DNA of 64,000 bases, from contig MCFE01000007.1 in NCBI GenBank assembly GCA_002104905.1, positions 124,001 through 188,000 of the forward strand. Direction: 5' to 3'. The stretch is from Basidiobolus meristosporus CBS 931.73. Taxonomy: Eukaryota; Fungi; Basidiobolomycota. Below are positions 12,630 through 23,724 of the stretch, piece by piece (the stretch's first letter is position 1; each line of letters opens with the position of its first letter). The translations under genes and the position numbers were made by a program. The notes under the pieces were generated by a model. The model saw only the letters and a program-made list of their open reading frames with translations, had not been told where the DNA came from and did not search any database.

Positions 12630-14327
12630 GTGGCTATTATGGCAAGCCTCTTAGCCATGAAGCATGCAGACAACATAGGAAGTATTACAAGGATCACAGC
12701 TGGTGTTTTGCTACCCAAGTCATATTTGACCAATCATTGGTCACTACTGTACCAATATTATCTTGCTGGCCAGTTGATACTTCTATATTGGCACCTGGCC
12801 ATCTTTGTCACCTTGCGCAAACTGAGTCAGGTGAGTTTGTGACACCTTTTGGCTCATCTCAGCCTTCTGAATATGGCATACACAGTGATAGCTCTGACAA
12901 AGATGGTTCACTGATGGATTTTGAGCCTATCTCCCTTAACAACAGTACCATGTATGAGCCTGGTCAAATTCCTATATGCAATGAGACAACACCCATTGAA
13001 ACAAATGCCAAGGATGCTGTATGGAGCCAAGTGAGCCCAGTAATCCATCTACTGGTGAGTGATGTAAAGTTGTAGCTAGAGAAGTGGCATGTTTCCACTA
13101 ATACCAGTAATGGGGGCTTTGAAGATTTATTACTACTTCTTGCCAAAACCATGCCAGGATGCAACTTACCATGTACATGGTACAAGTGGACAACCATCAT
13201 GTGGGTGGCAACATATGATCTAGAGACTGTCCTGATTCCAGCATGTGTTAACAGTTGCATGGCATTCACATCCAAAAATGCTACCATTGCAACGTGCCTA
13301 ATTGTCAGGAATCCACCACCATTGAGGGAAAACATTGTTCACACTTCAGATTTATTCCGGTCATACCCCGTCTAAGGAAGCTGATGCAGTCCAACCAATA
13401 TTGCAAAGCTATACAGTACTGCACTCAGTGTCAATCAGGCGCAAACATATCCAATATATTTGATGGCAAACATTACAAACAGCTAAGAAGCAAGGGCTAC
13501 TTTGAAGGTATGTATGATCATGCCTTTGCATTAGCACTTGATGGATTCTCATTAAACAAGTACTCTACCAGCAAATCCTGCTGGCCGCTGATTGTCATCA
13601 ATCTCAATCTGCCACCCATCTTACGGTATCAGAGCAATAATCTGATAGTAGTCTCACTAGTATCTGGGCCTAAATCACCATCCAACCTGGATAGCTACCT
13701 GTATCCATTGCTGGATGAGCTTTGTATGCTTTCCAGTGGGATAATGGTAAATGGCCGTAATGTAAAAGCGCATATCATTATCTGCATTGGAGATACCCCA
13801 GCCATCAGCAAGATAGCAGGTTTTTCCAGGCACAATGGATGGTATTGCTGTCAAATGTGTGAGATCTAGGGGATTTACTCCATAACTCACAAACATTATT
13901 ATTACCCAAACACCAGCATTAAGAACACCATCTTTCCGCTGAGAGAATGTACAGTAGTAAGCATGCAATTGCAGCAAAGTTGGCAAGCTATAAACCATTG
14001 GCCAGAATATGGAATCAATTTGAAACCAGAGATACTTAAGATAGAGGGTATCTGTTGGAGCAAAAGCTTTCCACTGGGAACAATGCATTTGCTTTTCAAC
14101 AATATCCCTATACTGATGACTAACTTGTACATGGGGCATTTCAAGCTAAATGAGCCCTGCAGGATACCAGAGAAATTTGAAAAAATTGGCAAGATATTGC
14201 AGAGTATCTGCTACCCTAAGTACTTCTCACAGGCTCCAATTAATATTCATACACATATGCAACAATACAAATGCAAAGACTGGATGAACTGGATATGTAT
14301 TTATTCAAGTGGTGTTCTGAAGCCATT
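12630..14327 (+). pseudogene. CACTA transposase pseudogene copy 2, 5' part
   Basis: IFDGKHY...LALDGF...SCWPLIVINLNLPPILRY...SGPKSPSNLDSYLYPLLDEL...IGDTPAISKIAGFSRHNGWYCCQMC matches EnSpm Tnp2 motifs. Confidence 0.9.
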
Positions 14328-15068
14328 AGACTTGTTCCATTGTACCATGCCAGGGCGCGCGGCGCAATCCGTGGTTGTAAAGAACAATTGGGCACTATAT
14401 AGCTACCAGAAGGCAGGATTGTTCTTGGACAATTTTGCACTATGTGGGACAATCTTGCACACTATGGCATAATCTGACACAATGAGGTTGGCACAGATGA
14501 TTGCACCAACTTGTAATGTTTGCATCATGTGCGCAATTGGATACTGCTATTATGGCAGGTATAATCTGGTATTTGGATATGTTTCTTTAATGTAAATGGA
14601 AATAAATGCGTATCACACTATAAACTACACTGATACTTACCATTTTGGTGACCCTCACTCCAATTGGATGGAATCTCAATGGTTAATTGGTCCAAAAGTA
14701 TCCTGAAGCTGGCAGCCCCCTATTGGCTCATTGACTATTAAAAAAGCTACCTGATTTGCCATCAAATATCCCATTTTGCCCATTGAGCAAGTAAATCCCT
14801 GATCCTAGTAATTGGACAAGGTGTCATAGCTAGCACGCAAGCAATTGTGTAGGTGCAAAACAGATCCAATAGCTGCACTGGTATTACAGATGATGTATAT
14901 ATATGCAGGCTGTTTATTTATAGGGGTTCTGTCTCAAATGTGTGACAACCTTGATTATTACTCATATCAAAAATTTGATGATCACTAATTTGCAATGGCT
15001 CAATTTGGATTGCAAAAAAAATGGGTTGTTGGGATCATTACAAATTTTAGCAATTCAAAGCAATTGCA

Positions 15069-16300
15069 TCATCTTCTCCTGGGTTTTTTTCTCACAGAGA
15101 TTACTACTGAAGCATTTGGTAGTGACTCACTTTGCACAACTATACTACTTCCTGGCTGACTATCATCTTGGCTACTTGTGTATTTGTAGTCAGTATTTTG
15201 CCTCCTAGTTGATGAGTGCAATGCTGCAGCTTGGCCGCATGGAATTGCTCCAACTAAACCAGCTGAACCGGCCTGTAGTGCCACGTGCTGACGTGTTCTT
15301 TTACTTGCCAAGGGCTCCGGTGGTTGAGGCACTTCATGTTGGTCATCATTGGTCATTTCACCAGAAGTAACTTGCTGATGGTCAGGCAAAATGGCATGTG
15401 CAGGCACGCCTTGACACGTTGAGATGGCCCTTGGCTGAGTTTGATGTGATGCTGCATGTTGATGCAACTTGGTCTGCTCCAATGGACTCATGTCTAAATG
15501 AGCAGTTTGGCAAGTTCTTGTAGTTTTGCTCTGAAGCACGTGCATTGACTCAATGCGGGGCATTCTGGTAATGGGTGTTGGCATGGTCTGGACTGACGTG
15601 CACCGGTGCGCTGTGGTTGCAAGAGATGGTAAGGAATCCAGCAAGGCATGCTGGTGCAATCTGGACAATGTTGCTTGCGGTCTGTATTCTTCCTCCTGAT
15701 GCTCACCATCTGATTCCTCAAGGTATTCACTTACCCTCTGTCTGATACTTTGGAGCTGTTGCCTGGATGAGTCCTGTGTATATTGCTCTTGGAAGCCACT
15801 TAGCTCTACTAATGTATCACGTAGTACATTAGTCATTTGAGGCAAAAACTCATTCAAAATCTCTTTGGTTCCCAAAGTTGAGGCACAAACAGACGCATCT
15901 GGCCCATACTGTGCAAATTGCACGCAAAATTGTTCCTGCGCAGCTTCTTTGTCAAATCCTCTCACTCTCAGCTCATTCTTATTTCAATACTTGTCTTGTT
16001 ATGTATCTTCTTACATATATTGGCTGGCATCTTGATGTAGAACTCATGCCACAGCTTTCTACTCAAATTCTTCCATCTTTGTCAACTCTCTGAGGTATCT
16101 AGTTCTGCTAGATTTATCTGTAGTGCCCAAATATCTGTATGAAGGCTCATCATAGACACTTGGGCCATACTAAAATCATTTGGCAAGAACTCAAACAGAT
16201 CCAACATTGACTTTTCTGGTCTGGACCGCGCTTGTGAGCTGGGGGATGGGTTTTGTCTGGGTTGTACTAAAGATGAGTTGAGGCTTGGTACGGGGACCAT
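15069..16300 (-). pseudogene. PHIS accessory ORF (ORF1-like), probably disrupted
   Basis: 298-aa open frame at 15069-15965 plus an upstream ATG frame at 16082-16300. Its TGA is followed in frame by QRWKNLSRKLWHEF, weakly Myb/SANT-like. Divergent from the transposase. Confidence 0.55.
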
Positions 16301-16658
16301 AGCAACAGATTTGGATACTTATACAGCAGTATATTGGCATCAACCTGGTCTTATATGAAATATATATGAAAGCTAATGTATTGTTGAATTTTCCATATAT
16401 TATGCATGATGCATCTTGGATTGCATTGACATGGATCAGATCACATCAATTGTAGATTTCCTATTTGATTATAGACCTATGATTAAAGCATCAATAGAGG
16501 TACCAAGGCATTGTTTGCAGATGATTTTTGCGACATAATGATGGGATACATTGCAATTGATAGAGATTTAACCATAATGCATTAAAAATCAGATAAATAA
16601 CGCAGACCATGCCAAATTGATTCAAACCACCTCCATACAATCATCCACCAATATTAAT

Positions 16659-17543
16659 ATGACTTGCTCATCTGAATGGTCTTTTCTCATCAATCCCATC
16701 ACTACCCCTGGATTTCCTTTTGACACACTAGAGGAGATCTATTCCAAGTACTGTGGGCCATCAACCCCAATCTACTCAAAGAGATCCCTTGTTAAGCTTC
16801 TCTGCTATGACAAGAACTATTGCCCTACAAGGTTTCATCCCACCATCCATGGCAACAAAAGTCCTAGAAGCTTTCATTTGCAGCTGACAGCAATGGAGAA
16901 CCACCTTGCAGAGGGTATGAATGACTTAGAGCAAGCTTGGAATACTAGGCTCAGAAGCTCCAATAGACTTCCATATCCAAGAGTGTTCAGTAACAGGTTC
17001 CATATCAGGAGTATTTTGGATAACTTCCCAGTGAGGATTAACAGACCTTCTAGAGGGCAGAGGCACTTTTATTCTGGCAAGTACAAGGCACACTGTGTGA
17101 AGTTTCAAGCACTGTCTGACATTGAGGGTAACATCATCTGGTTTAGTGGGCCATTTGCTGGAAGTAGGCATGACAAAGCACTCTGGGTAGAGAATCATCC
17201 TGAATTCAGTAGAGGGAAGAAATGTATGGCAGACTTAGCCTATATAGGAGAGGATTGTCACAGATTAGGATGTATTACAGCTTATAGGAAGCCAAGGAAT
17301 GGTGTGCTTAGCAGGAAGCAGAAGCTCTACAATGAGATATTTAATCATTTCAGAGTGAGGGTAGAGCACACATTTGGATATCTGAAGAGATTCAGCATAT
17401 TGGCAGGTAAATACAGAGGAAAGTCATATATAGGAGAAAACAGCAGAATAGGTAAAATAGTTAAGATACTTATTAATGCACAGTATGTTCATACAAGAAG
17501 ACATCCACTGAGAGAAATGTGTCTGGAGCATTATGAAGAGTAA
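16659..17543 (+). CDS. Intact DDE_Tnp_4 (IS5/Harbinger-like) transposase, 294 aa from the first ATG
   Basis: Uninterrupted ORF with triad D (ILDNFPVRINRP), D (MADLAY) and E (RVRVEHTFG), plus the signature FYSGKYKAHCVKFQ...GSRHD. Confidence 0.92.
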   Translation: MTCSSEWSFLINPITTPGFPFDTLEEIYSKYCGPSTPIYSKRSLVKLLCYDKNYCPTRFHPTIHGNKSPRSFHLQLTAMENHLAEGMNDLEQAWNTRLRSSNRLPYPRVFSNRFHIRSILDNFPVRINRPSRGQRHFYSGKYKAHCVKFQALSDIEGNIIWFSGPFAGSRHDKALWVENHPEFSRGKKCMADLAYIGEDCHRLGCITAYRKPRNGVLSRKQKLYNEIFNHFRVRVEHTFGYLKRFSILAGKYRGKSYIGENSRIGKIVKILINAQYVHTRRHPLREMCLEHYEE

Positions 17544-17637
17544 ATAAAGCAAGGAAAGCACTATTCTGAGCAACATAAGTAAGATTAAGTAAAATTACCA
17601 GTAACTGTATCATACCACTGGCATCATGGTAGAAATT

Positions 17638-18339
17638 ATAGTGCCACATTGAGCCATGAGTGCCAAATGATGCCATAGTGTGCCAGGGAGGCCAAGTGAG
17701 CCTACACTTGGCCACAGAGTGTGCAGCACAGCTCTGCATCTTCATGCAAAGCAGCCCCTGTGTTTCACTCATTGTGATGGGGAAAATCCATATTTTGACC
17801 TTTTTTTTTAGGTAAATGTTGTACAGGATGTGCAAGTGCACAAAAGGATTGAAGATATGCATCTGGTACTCAATACCCATGGCACTCTGAATCTAGCTCC
17901 TGTGGCTTGTAGCATGTCACAAAAATGCATGGCACTATCTTTGTCCACTGGTATTATTTGGCACTATAAGTGCTTTGTATTGATCTTACTTTAGGGCTAA
18001 TATTTAAATATAGTGCTGGATAGTACCAGAGGACCAAGATAGTGCCAAGCACTTTTATGACATGTTACAAGCCACAGGAGCTAGATTCAGAGTGCCATGG
18101 GTAGTGAGTACCAGATGTATATCTTCAATCCTTTAGTGTTCTTAAGCATTGTGCACAATATTGATGCACAAAAAAACGTCAAAAAATGGATTTTCTCCTG
18201 CATCATAGGTGAAACACAGGGGCTGCTTTGCATGAAGATGCAGATCTATGTTTCACACTCTGTGGCCAAGTATAGGCTCACTTGGCCTCTCTGGCACACA
18301 ATGGCATCATTTGGCACTCATGGCACAATGTGGCACTAT
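17638..18339. repeat. Long inverted repeat (331-bp arms, 40-bp spacer) at the right end of the PHIS element
   Basis: 17638-17968 is the imperfect reverse complement of 18009-18339. The ORF track shows near-identical spurious peptides on opposite strands (MGIEYQMHIFNP... / MGSEYQMYIFNP...). Confidence 0.92.
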
Positions 18340-18355
18340 CCAACAGAACAAGTCT

Positions 18356-19280
18356 ATTCCTACCAAGAGTACATTGGAAGCATTGGGAGTCAAATGTGAA
18401 CATTGTAGGAATATTTATCCAGAAGCAGATCACCAATGCCAACTTAACACATCTACAGCTGTTGTGTGAGGAGTTTGTGACAGGATTTGAGCTGCTATAC
18501 TACAAACATAAAGCTGAATGCGTAGATCTCTGCCACTAATGTATCCATTCTCTACTCCATCTTGCACGGTGTGTGGAGAATACTGGGCCTTGCTTCACCT
18601 TTTGGGAGTTTCCTATGGAGCAGATGTGTGGGGAGATAGGAAGACAAGTCAATTTGCAGGTACTACCATATCCCAATCTCATCAAGAATATTACCTTCAA
18701 GTCCATCATGGATGTGATGAGTTGGCACATGGAGGACAGCCAGAAAGAGTTGAAAATACTCAGGACAAATGTGCACATGGAGACACCTATTCCTATGGCA
18801 TTAAGAAGCTAAGCAGCCCCAATGAGTGGGTAATCAGTTAAGTAATGCATAGTTGGGTTGGGTGCAACATGCAACTAATTTTTATCAGGAAAACTCCACC
18901 AGGATATGCCGGATCTCTTGTGGTCACAAGCCAACTTCTACACCATTCCATACGGAATTCACACAAACCAAAGCCAGAGTGCACCTATAAGGGGGACTAG
19001 AATCCAGCAGGGAGAAGGAATATATTGGCTAAATATCAAGAAGTTCTTTGCCAATATTCAGGAGGTATTCATGGCAGAAGTGGCAACAACCAAGCATATG
19101 TTTGCAAGATGTATATGCTACCAGCAGTACAAGGTATATGGCAACTTTGCAAGTATCACACTAAAAAGCTGTAAAGCTGAGGTGATAGAAGTATGTCATT
19201 TGTGGCAGGTGTGCATGTTTGTAGAGGTTAGTATGCAGGAGACCATAGTTTTTTTTGATGCCATCAGAGTCTTGCTGTAA
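18356..19280 (+). pseudogene. CACTA transposase pseudogene copy 2, 3' part
   Basis: Resumes exactly after the PHIS TSD; ENTGPCFTFWEFPMEQMCGEIGRQV...PYPNLIKNI is the DUF4218-like region. Confidence 0.85.
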
Positions 19281-19599
19281 GGCCGTCAAAATACTGTCAA
19301 GTTTCTTGCCATAAAAGGCAATTGGAAGTCCTGGCTGACTGGATCCACTTAAAATATTAATAGTGTGCTGAAAGACCGCAACAATACCATGCAAATATTG
19401 TCACAGCACCAATTAAAAATTGTCAAGTTTTATCCCTTTATTTGGCTGTAGATTTGCAAAACACCGTCATGATCTTGTTATAAGATTGTCAGGAGGGTCA
19501 CTAATTCCAAGCTGCTGCTATTATGATGGTCTCTGAACAGGATCTTGACAGATGATCTGGATTGGATCCACTTGCGGGACCAAATTTTTTTTCATAGGG

Positions 19600-22500
19600 T
19601 TAGTCTCTTCCAATGTTGCCTGGTTATTGGCAGCTATAATAAGATCATCTACATATAGAGCTAATAGAACTGGATTTGCTCTATCTGGCTTATAGTATAT
19701 ACCATAGTCAGCATTACTCCTTTTGAAACTCAAAGATTCCAAATAAGAATCTAACTTGCAATTCCAGGCTCTTGGTGATTGTTTGAGACCATATAGAGAC
19801 TTTTTAAGCTTGCAGACCAAATGGGGGTTATCTTGGTCAGCAAACCCGTCAGGCTGGTCCATAGACACATCCTCATCAAGTTCTTGATTCAAAAATGGAG
19901 TATTTACATCCATTGATGAATAAAAAACTTTTATTTGGCTGCAATAGCCAAAATTGATTTAATGGAATTAAACTTGGCTACCAATGCAAAGGTCTCAGTA
20001 TAGTCAGGTCATTTTGTTTGAGAGTATCCTTTGGCCACAAATCTTGCTTTGTATCTTTCAACTGTACCATCAGTCTTGTATTTTGTCTTGAAGACCCATC
20101 TGCATCCAATTGATTTTTAGTTGATTGGTAATTTGACTAAGTCCCAAGTTTGATTTTCTATGAGGGCCTGATATTCCTCAGTCATTGCTGATCTCCAAAA
20201 CTTTGTCTGAGGACTATTTAGAGCCTCTTTTACAGACTGGGGCTCATTGATATGCACTGAATAGGCATGGGCTAAGTTTGTACCCTCATTGATATAGTGA
20301 TTTGGGCTTTCTCTTGTCCAATTGGATCTCCGGGCACTTGATACTGGAATGATTACTTCTGGGATATTCATGGGCACTGCTTCAGGCTGAACTACAGTTG
20401 TAGAGTCCTCTGGAGTGAAAAACTTCTCATTGTTTTTCTCTGATTCAATACAACTTGAGATCAGATTTTTGTCATCATCTGATGTCATTTTTTGAGAAAA
20501 TTTTGAGTTTTCATCAATCAACACATCCCTGGACTTGATTAGCTTCTTTTCTTTGGTACAGTAGAGTCTGTATACTTTACTCTCATTGCAGTAACCCAAA
20601 AATAAGAATTTTACACTTTTTGGCTTAAATTTTGACTGATTTCCAGGCGGTGTCTTGGCATAATCTGTACACCCAAATATTTTTAGATGTACTGCACTTG
20701 GTCTGTATCCATGCTATGCTTCAAATGGAGTAGAATCACCAAGTATTCTTTTATAACTCCTATTTCTAAGGTATACAGCAGTGGCAACTGATTCCACCCA
20801 AAAATCATTGGATAATATTTGATCATGGATCATATATCTTGCCATATCAATTATTGATCTGTTAGCATGTTCTGCTACTCAATTTTGCTGTGGGGAGTAT
20901 GGTACAGTAGTCTCTTGCTTTATCCCATGAATTTTGCAGAAGTGGATGAAGAGTTTTGAGGTATATTCTCTACCATTGTCAGAGCATATTTTCTTGATTT
21001 TTTCACCAGTTTCTCTCTCTACCATGGCTTTAAGCTCCCTGAGCTTAGACAGAGCTTTGTCCTTTCTCTGCATGAAGTAAACCCACATGTATCTTGTATA
21101 ATCATCAATAAAAGTGATTAAATACTTCATCCCACCTAAGGATAAATTTTGCATAGGTCCACACAGATCTGAGTGAATTAGATCTAATATTTTCTTAGTT
21201 TTGATTAACCCAGAGCTCTTTAACAGTTGTCTGGCTTGTTTTCCATATAGGCAGGCTTCACAGTGCTCCAAACTAGCTGGGGATCAATTTTTACTTCAGA
21301 AATTAGCTGATCTTTGATTATTGTGCACAAACAATCAAAATTGATGTGCCCAAATCTCCTGTGCCAAAGCATTAGTGTTTCTTCATTTAAGTTACTTATA
21401 TTGGCTTCCAAATATGATGGAATATAAGTCAACTTGTGTAGATTCTGATTTCTGATACCCAAAGCAATATGGGCACCATTTTGATCAGTGATCTTTCATC
21501 CAGAATTGTCAAAGTTGAAACTGAGTCCTTCTGCAGTGGCCTTGCTTACAGATAGTAGGTTCTTGGCTATTTCTGGTACATAGAATACTTCTTTAAAGGT
21601 CAGTGTATGGCTTCCTTCACTGCTTCTTAGGTCAACTTGGATAGTTCCTTCTCCCACTGCATCAAGTGTTCTATTTTCACCCATGAAAACCTTCTTAATT
21701 AGAATTTCTTGATATTGTGTAAAAAGTTCTTTTTGGTGTGTAAGGTGTTGAGATGCTCCAGAGTCAATATACCACGTCTGAGAATCCTTGTTTTTGGTCA
21801 TATTTAGTGCTGATATGAATAGTCTATCTTCAGTTGTTGCAGCATTTCCATTTTCAGTCTTTTTCTGCTGACTATCTTTCTTTTTGAAGCACTGGTCTGG
21901 TGTGTGTCCTTTCCTTTTGCAGTAGTTACAAAATAGGTTGCTGTTGCCTTTGTAGGGTTTTGGGTACCTCCTTTGTTGGTTATCATTGCTTATTAAAGCA
22001 TTTCTTCTTCCTTCTTATTGGCGCTTGATTTTCTTAATTCTTCATCCAGGAGCCTTCCATATATGTAATTTAAGGTCAAATCTTCAGTTCTGGACTCTAG
22101 GGCTGATACAAGGCCCTGAAACGTGTCTGTCAGGCTGTTCAGGATGGTAACTATCACATCCTCATCAGTAGTTGGTACACCCACAGATTCCATTTCATCT
22201 ACCAGCAGGGTAATTCTGTTATTAGATTTTTCATTTCTTCTCCTGGCCGCATCTTTGTAGTAAAGAATTTCCATCTCAGATACATTTTCTTAGCAGCTGA
22301 ACATGACTGGTAGGTATCTTCTAATGCCTTCCAAGCATTATTTGCTGTTTTTGCTCTTGAGCATTGAATTAGCAATTTGTCCTTAACATTAAGGCATATG
22401 CAGTTAAAGGCACTTTGTTCTTTCTTCTGGTACTTTAAGGCTTCCTCTCCCACATTTTTAGGAGGGCATTCTTCTCCCATGACAATATCCCAAATGTCTC

Positions 22501-22603
22501 TTTCTTGTAGCAGCATCTTCATCTTCAATTTCCACACTTGGTAGTTAGATCCATACAACTTTTCAGCAGAGGGAAAAATTCCAGTAATAGCAGTAGTAGA
22601 CAT
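19600..22603 (-). pseudogene. Copia gag-pol pseudogene
   Basis: Gag (GSNYQVWKLKMKMLL), protease WYIDSGASQH, GAG-pre-integrase LWHRRFGH, integrase LIHSDLCGP...SDNGREY...TVPYSPQQN, RT KSLYGLKQSPRAW...LYVDDLII. Confidence 0.92.
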
Positions 22604-22835
22604 TGCAGAGAGTGACAGCTTGGGGCTTATAACCTGTTGTAAGAGTCTTGGAGATATTGGAAGTGATTGGGAGCAAAAGTAGATTATGTGGTTCTCACTT
22701 AATGATTTATTGAATGTAAAAGTAGTATTTATACTTTTACATGGTCTTGGTATTACAAACATGTAGAATAGATTAAGGAAGGTCTCAAGAACATGTGTGC
22801 AATGTTTGGGGTTGTTTGGACAACTTTGAGAATTT

Positions 22836-23348
22836 AGACTCTAAGGCTGATACAAGAGCCCAAAACCTGTCTGTCAGTCTATTCAGGATGGTAATTATCA
22901 CATCCTCATTAGTAGTTGGTACACCCACAGATTCCATCTCATCCATCAGTAGGGTAATTCTATTGATTAAATTTTTTGTATCTTGTCCTGGCAGCTTCAT
23001 TGTTATAAAGAATTTTTGTCTAAGATACACTTTCTTGGTAGCTGATCATGACTGGTGTGTGGCTTCTTATGCCTTCCATGCATTATTAGTGGTTTTTGTT
23101 CTTGAGTATTAAATTAGCAATTTGACTTTGACATTATGACAAATGCAGTTAAAGACTCTTTATTCTTTCTTCTGGTACTTTAAGACTTCCTCTGCCATGC
23201 TTTTAGGTGGGCATTCCTCTCCCATGACAGTACCCCAAAGGACTCTTTCTTGTTGCAGCATTGTCATCTTCACCTTCCACACTTGGTAGTTTGATCCATC
23301 CAACTTTTCAGCATAGGAAAAAATTCCAGTATTAGCAGTATTAGACAC
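22836..23348 (-). pseudogene. Second, truncated Copia gag copy
   Basis: Homologous to ~22090-22603 and fused at 22835/22836 to an internal position of the next LTR. Confidence 0.88.
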
Positions 23349-23379
23349 TGCAGAGAGTAACAGCTTGGGGCTCATAGCC

Positions 23380-23724
23380 TGTTGTAAGAGTCTTGAAGAC
23401 ATTGGAAGTGATTGGGAAAATAAGTAGATTATGTGATTTTTACTTGATGATTTATTGAATGTAGAAGTGGTAATTATACTTTTGCATGATCTTGGCATAG
23501 TAAAAACATAAAATAGGCTTAGAAAGGCCACAAGAGCATATGTTCAAAGCTAGGGGCTGTTTGGACAACTCTGAGAATTTTCATGTTTGGGGTACCTGAT
23601 ATTTTGGCAAAAGTATTCTAAATCCCAAAAAGGGATTTGGCCAGTATTCTCTGGAATTTGAAGGTCATGATATAAGTGGTTAAGCTAGCTGAATATTAAG
23701 GTGGAAATGCAAATCTTTACAACA
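23380..23724 (-). repeat. Copia LTR (complete, 345 bp)
   Basis: TGTTGT...ACAACA termini; followed on the minus strand by PBS GGCTATGAGCCCC. Confidence 0.9.

Larger units (their letters stand above)
14328..18355 (+). mobile_element. 4028-bp PIF/Harbinger-superfamily (PHIS) DNA transposon nested in the CACTA transposase
   Basis: 10-bp perfect TIR AGACTTGTTC / GAACAAGTCT and 3-bp TSD ATT (14325-14327, 18356-18358). The empty site (agccattcc) is seen in CACTA copy 1 at ~9271-9279. Encodes a DDE transposase and a divergent second ORF. Confidence 0.92.
9953..19599 (+). mobile_element. CACTA/CMC DNA transposon copy 2 with both TIRs (~5.6 kb after removing the nested PHIS element)
   Basis: 12-bp TIR CCCTATGAAAAA (9953-9964) / TTTTTCATAGGG (19588-19599), consistent with the CMC-type CCC terminus. 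TGTCA/CGTCA subterminal repeats, plus a Tnp2-like transposase and a divergent accessory ORF. The flanks do not form a TSD. Confidence 0.82.
19600..23724 (-). mobile_element. Ty1/Copia element, 3'-truncated in RT, with a duplicated LTR-gag leader
   Basis: Complete LTR at 23380-23724 and partial LTR at 22635-22835, each followed by a GG(T/C)TAT(A/G)AGCCCC PBS. Domain order gag-PR-IN-RT. Cut at 19600 by the CACTA right TIR. Confidence 0.92.

Noticed and set aside
17473-18399. Two similar ORFs on opposite strands (135 aa and 100 aa) that look like a gene pair
   Set aside because: They are translations of the two arms of the inverted repeat, with no protein features.
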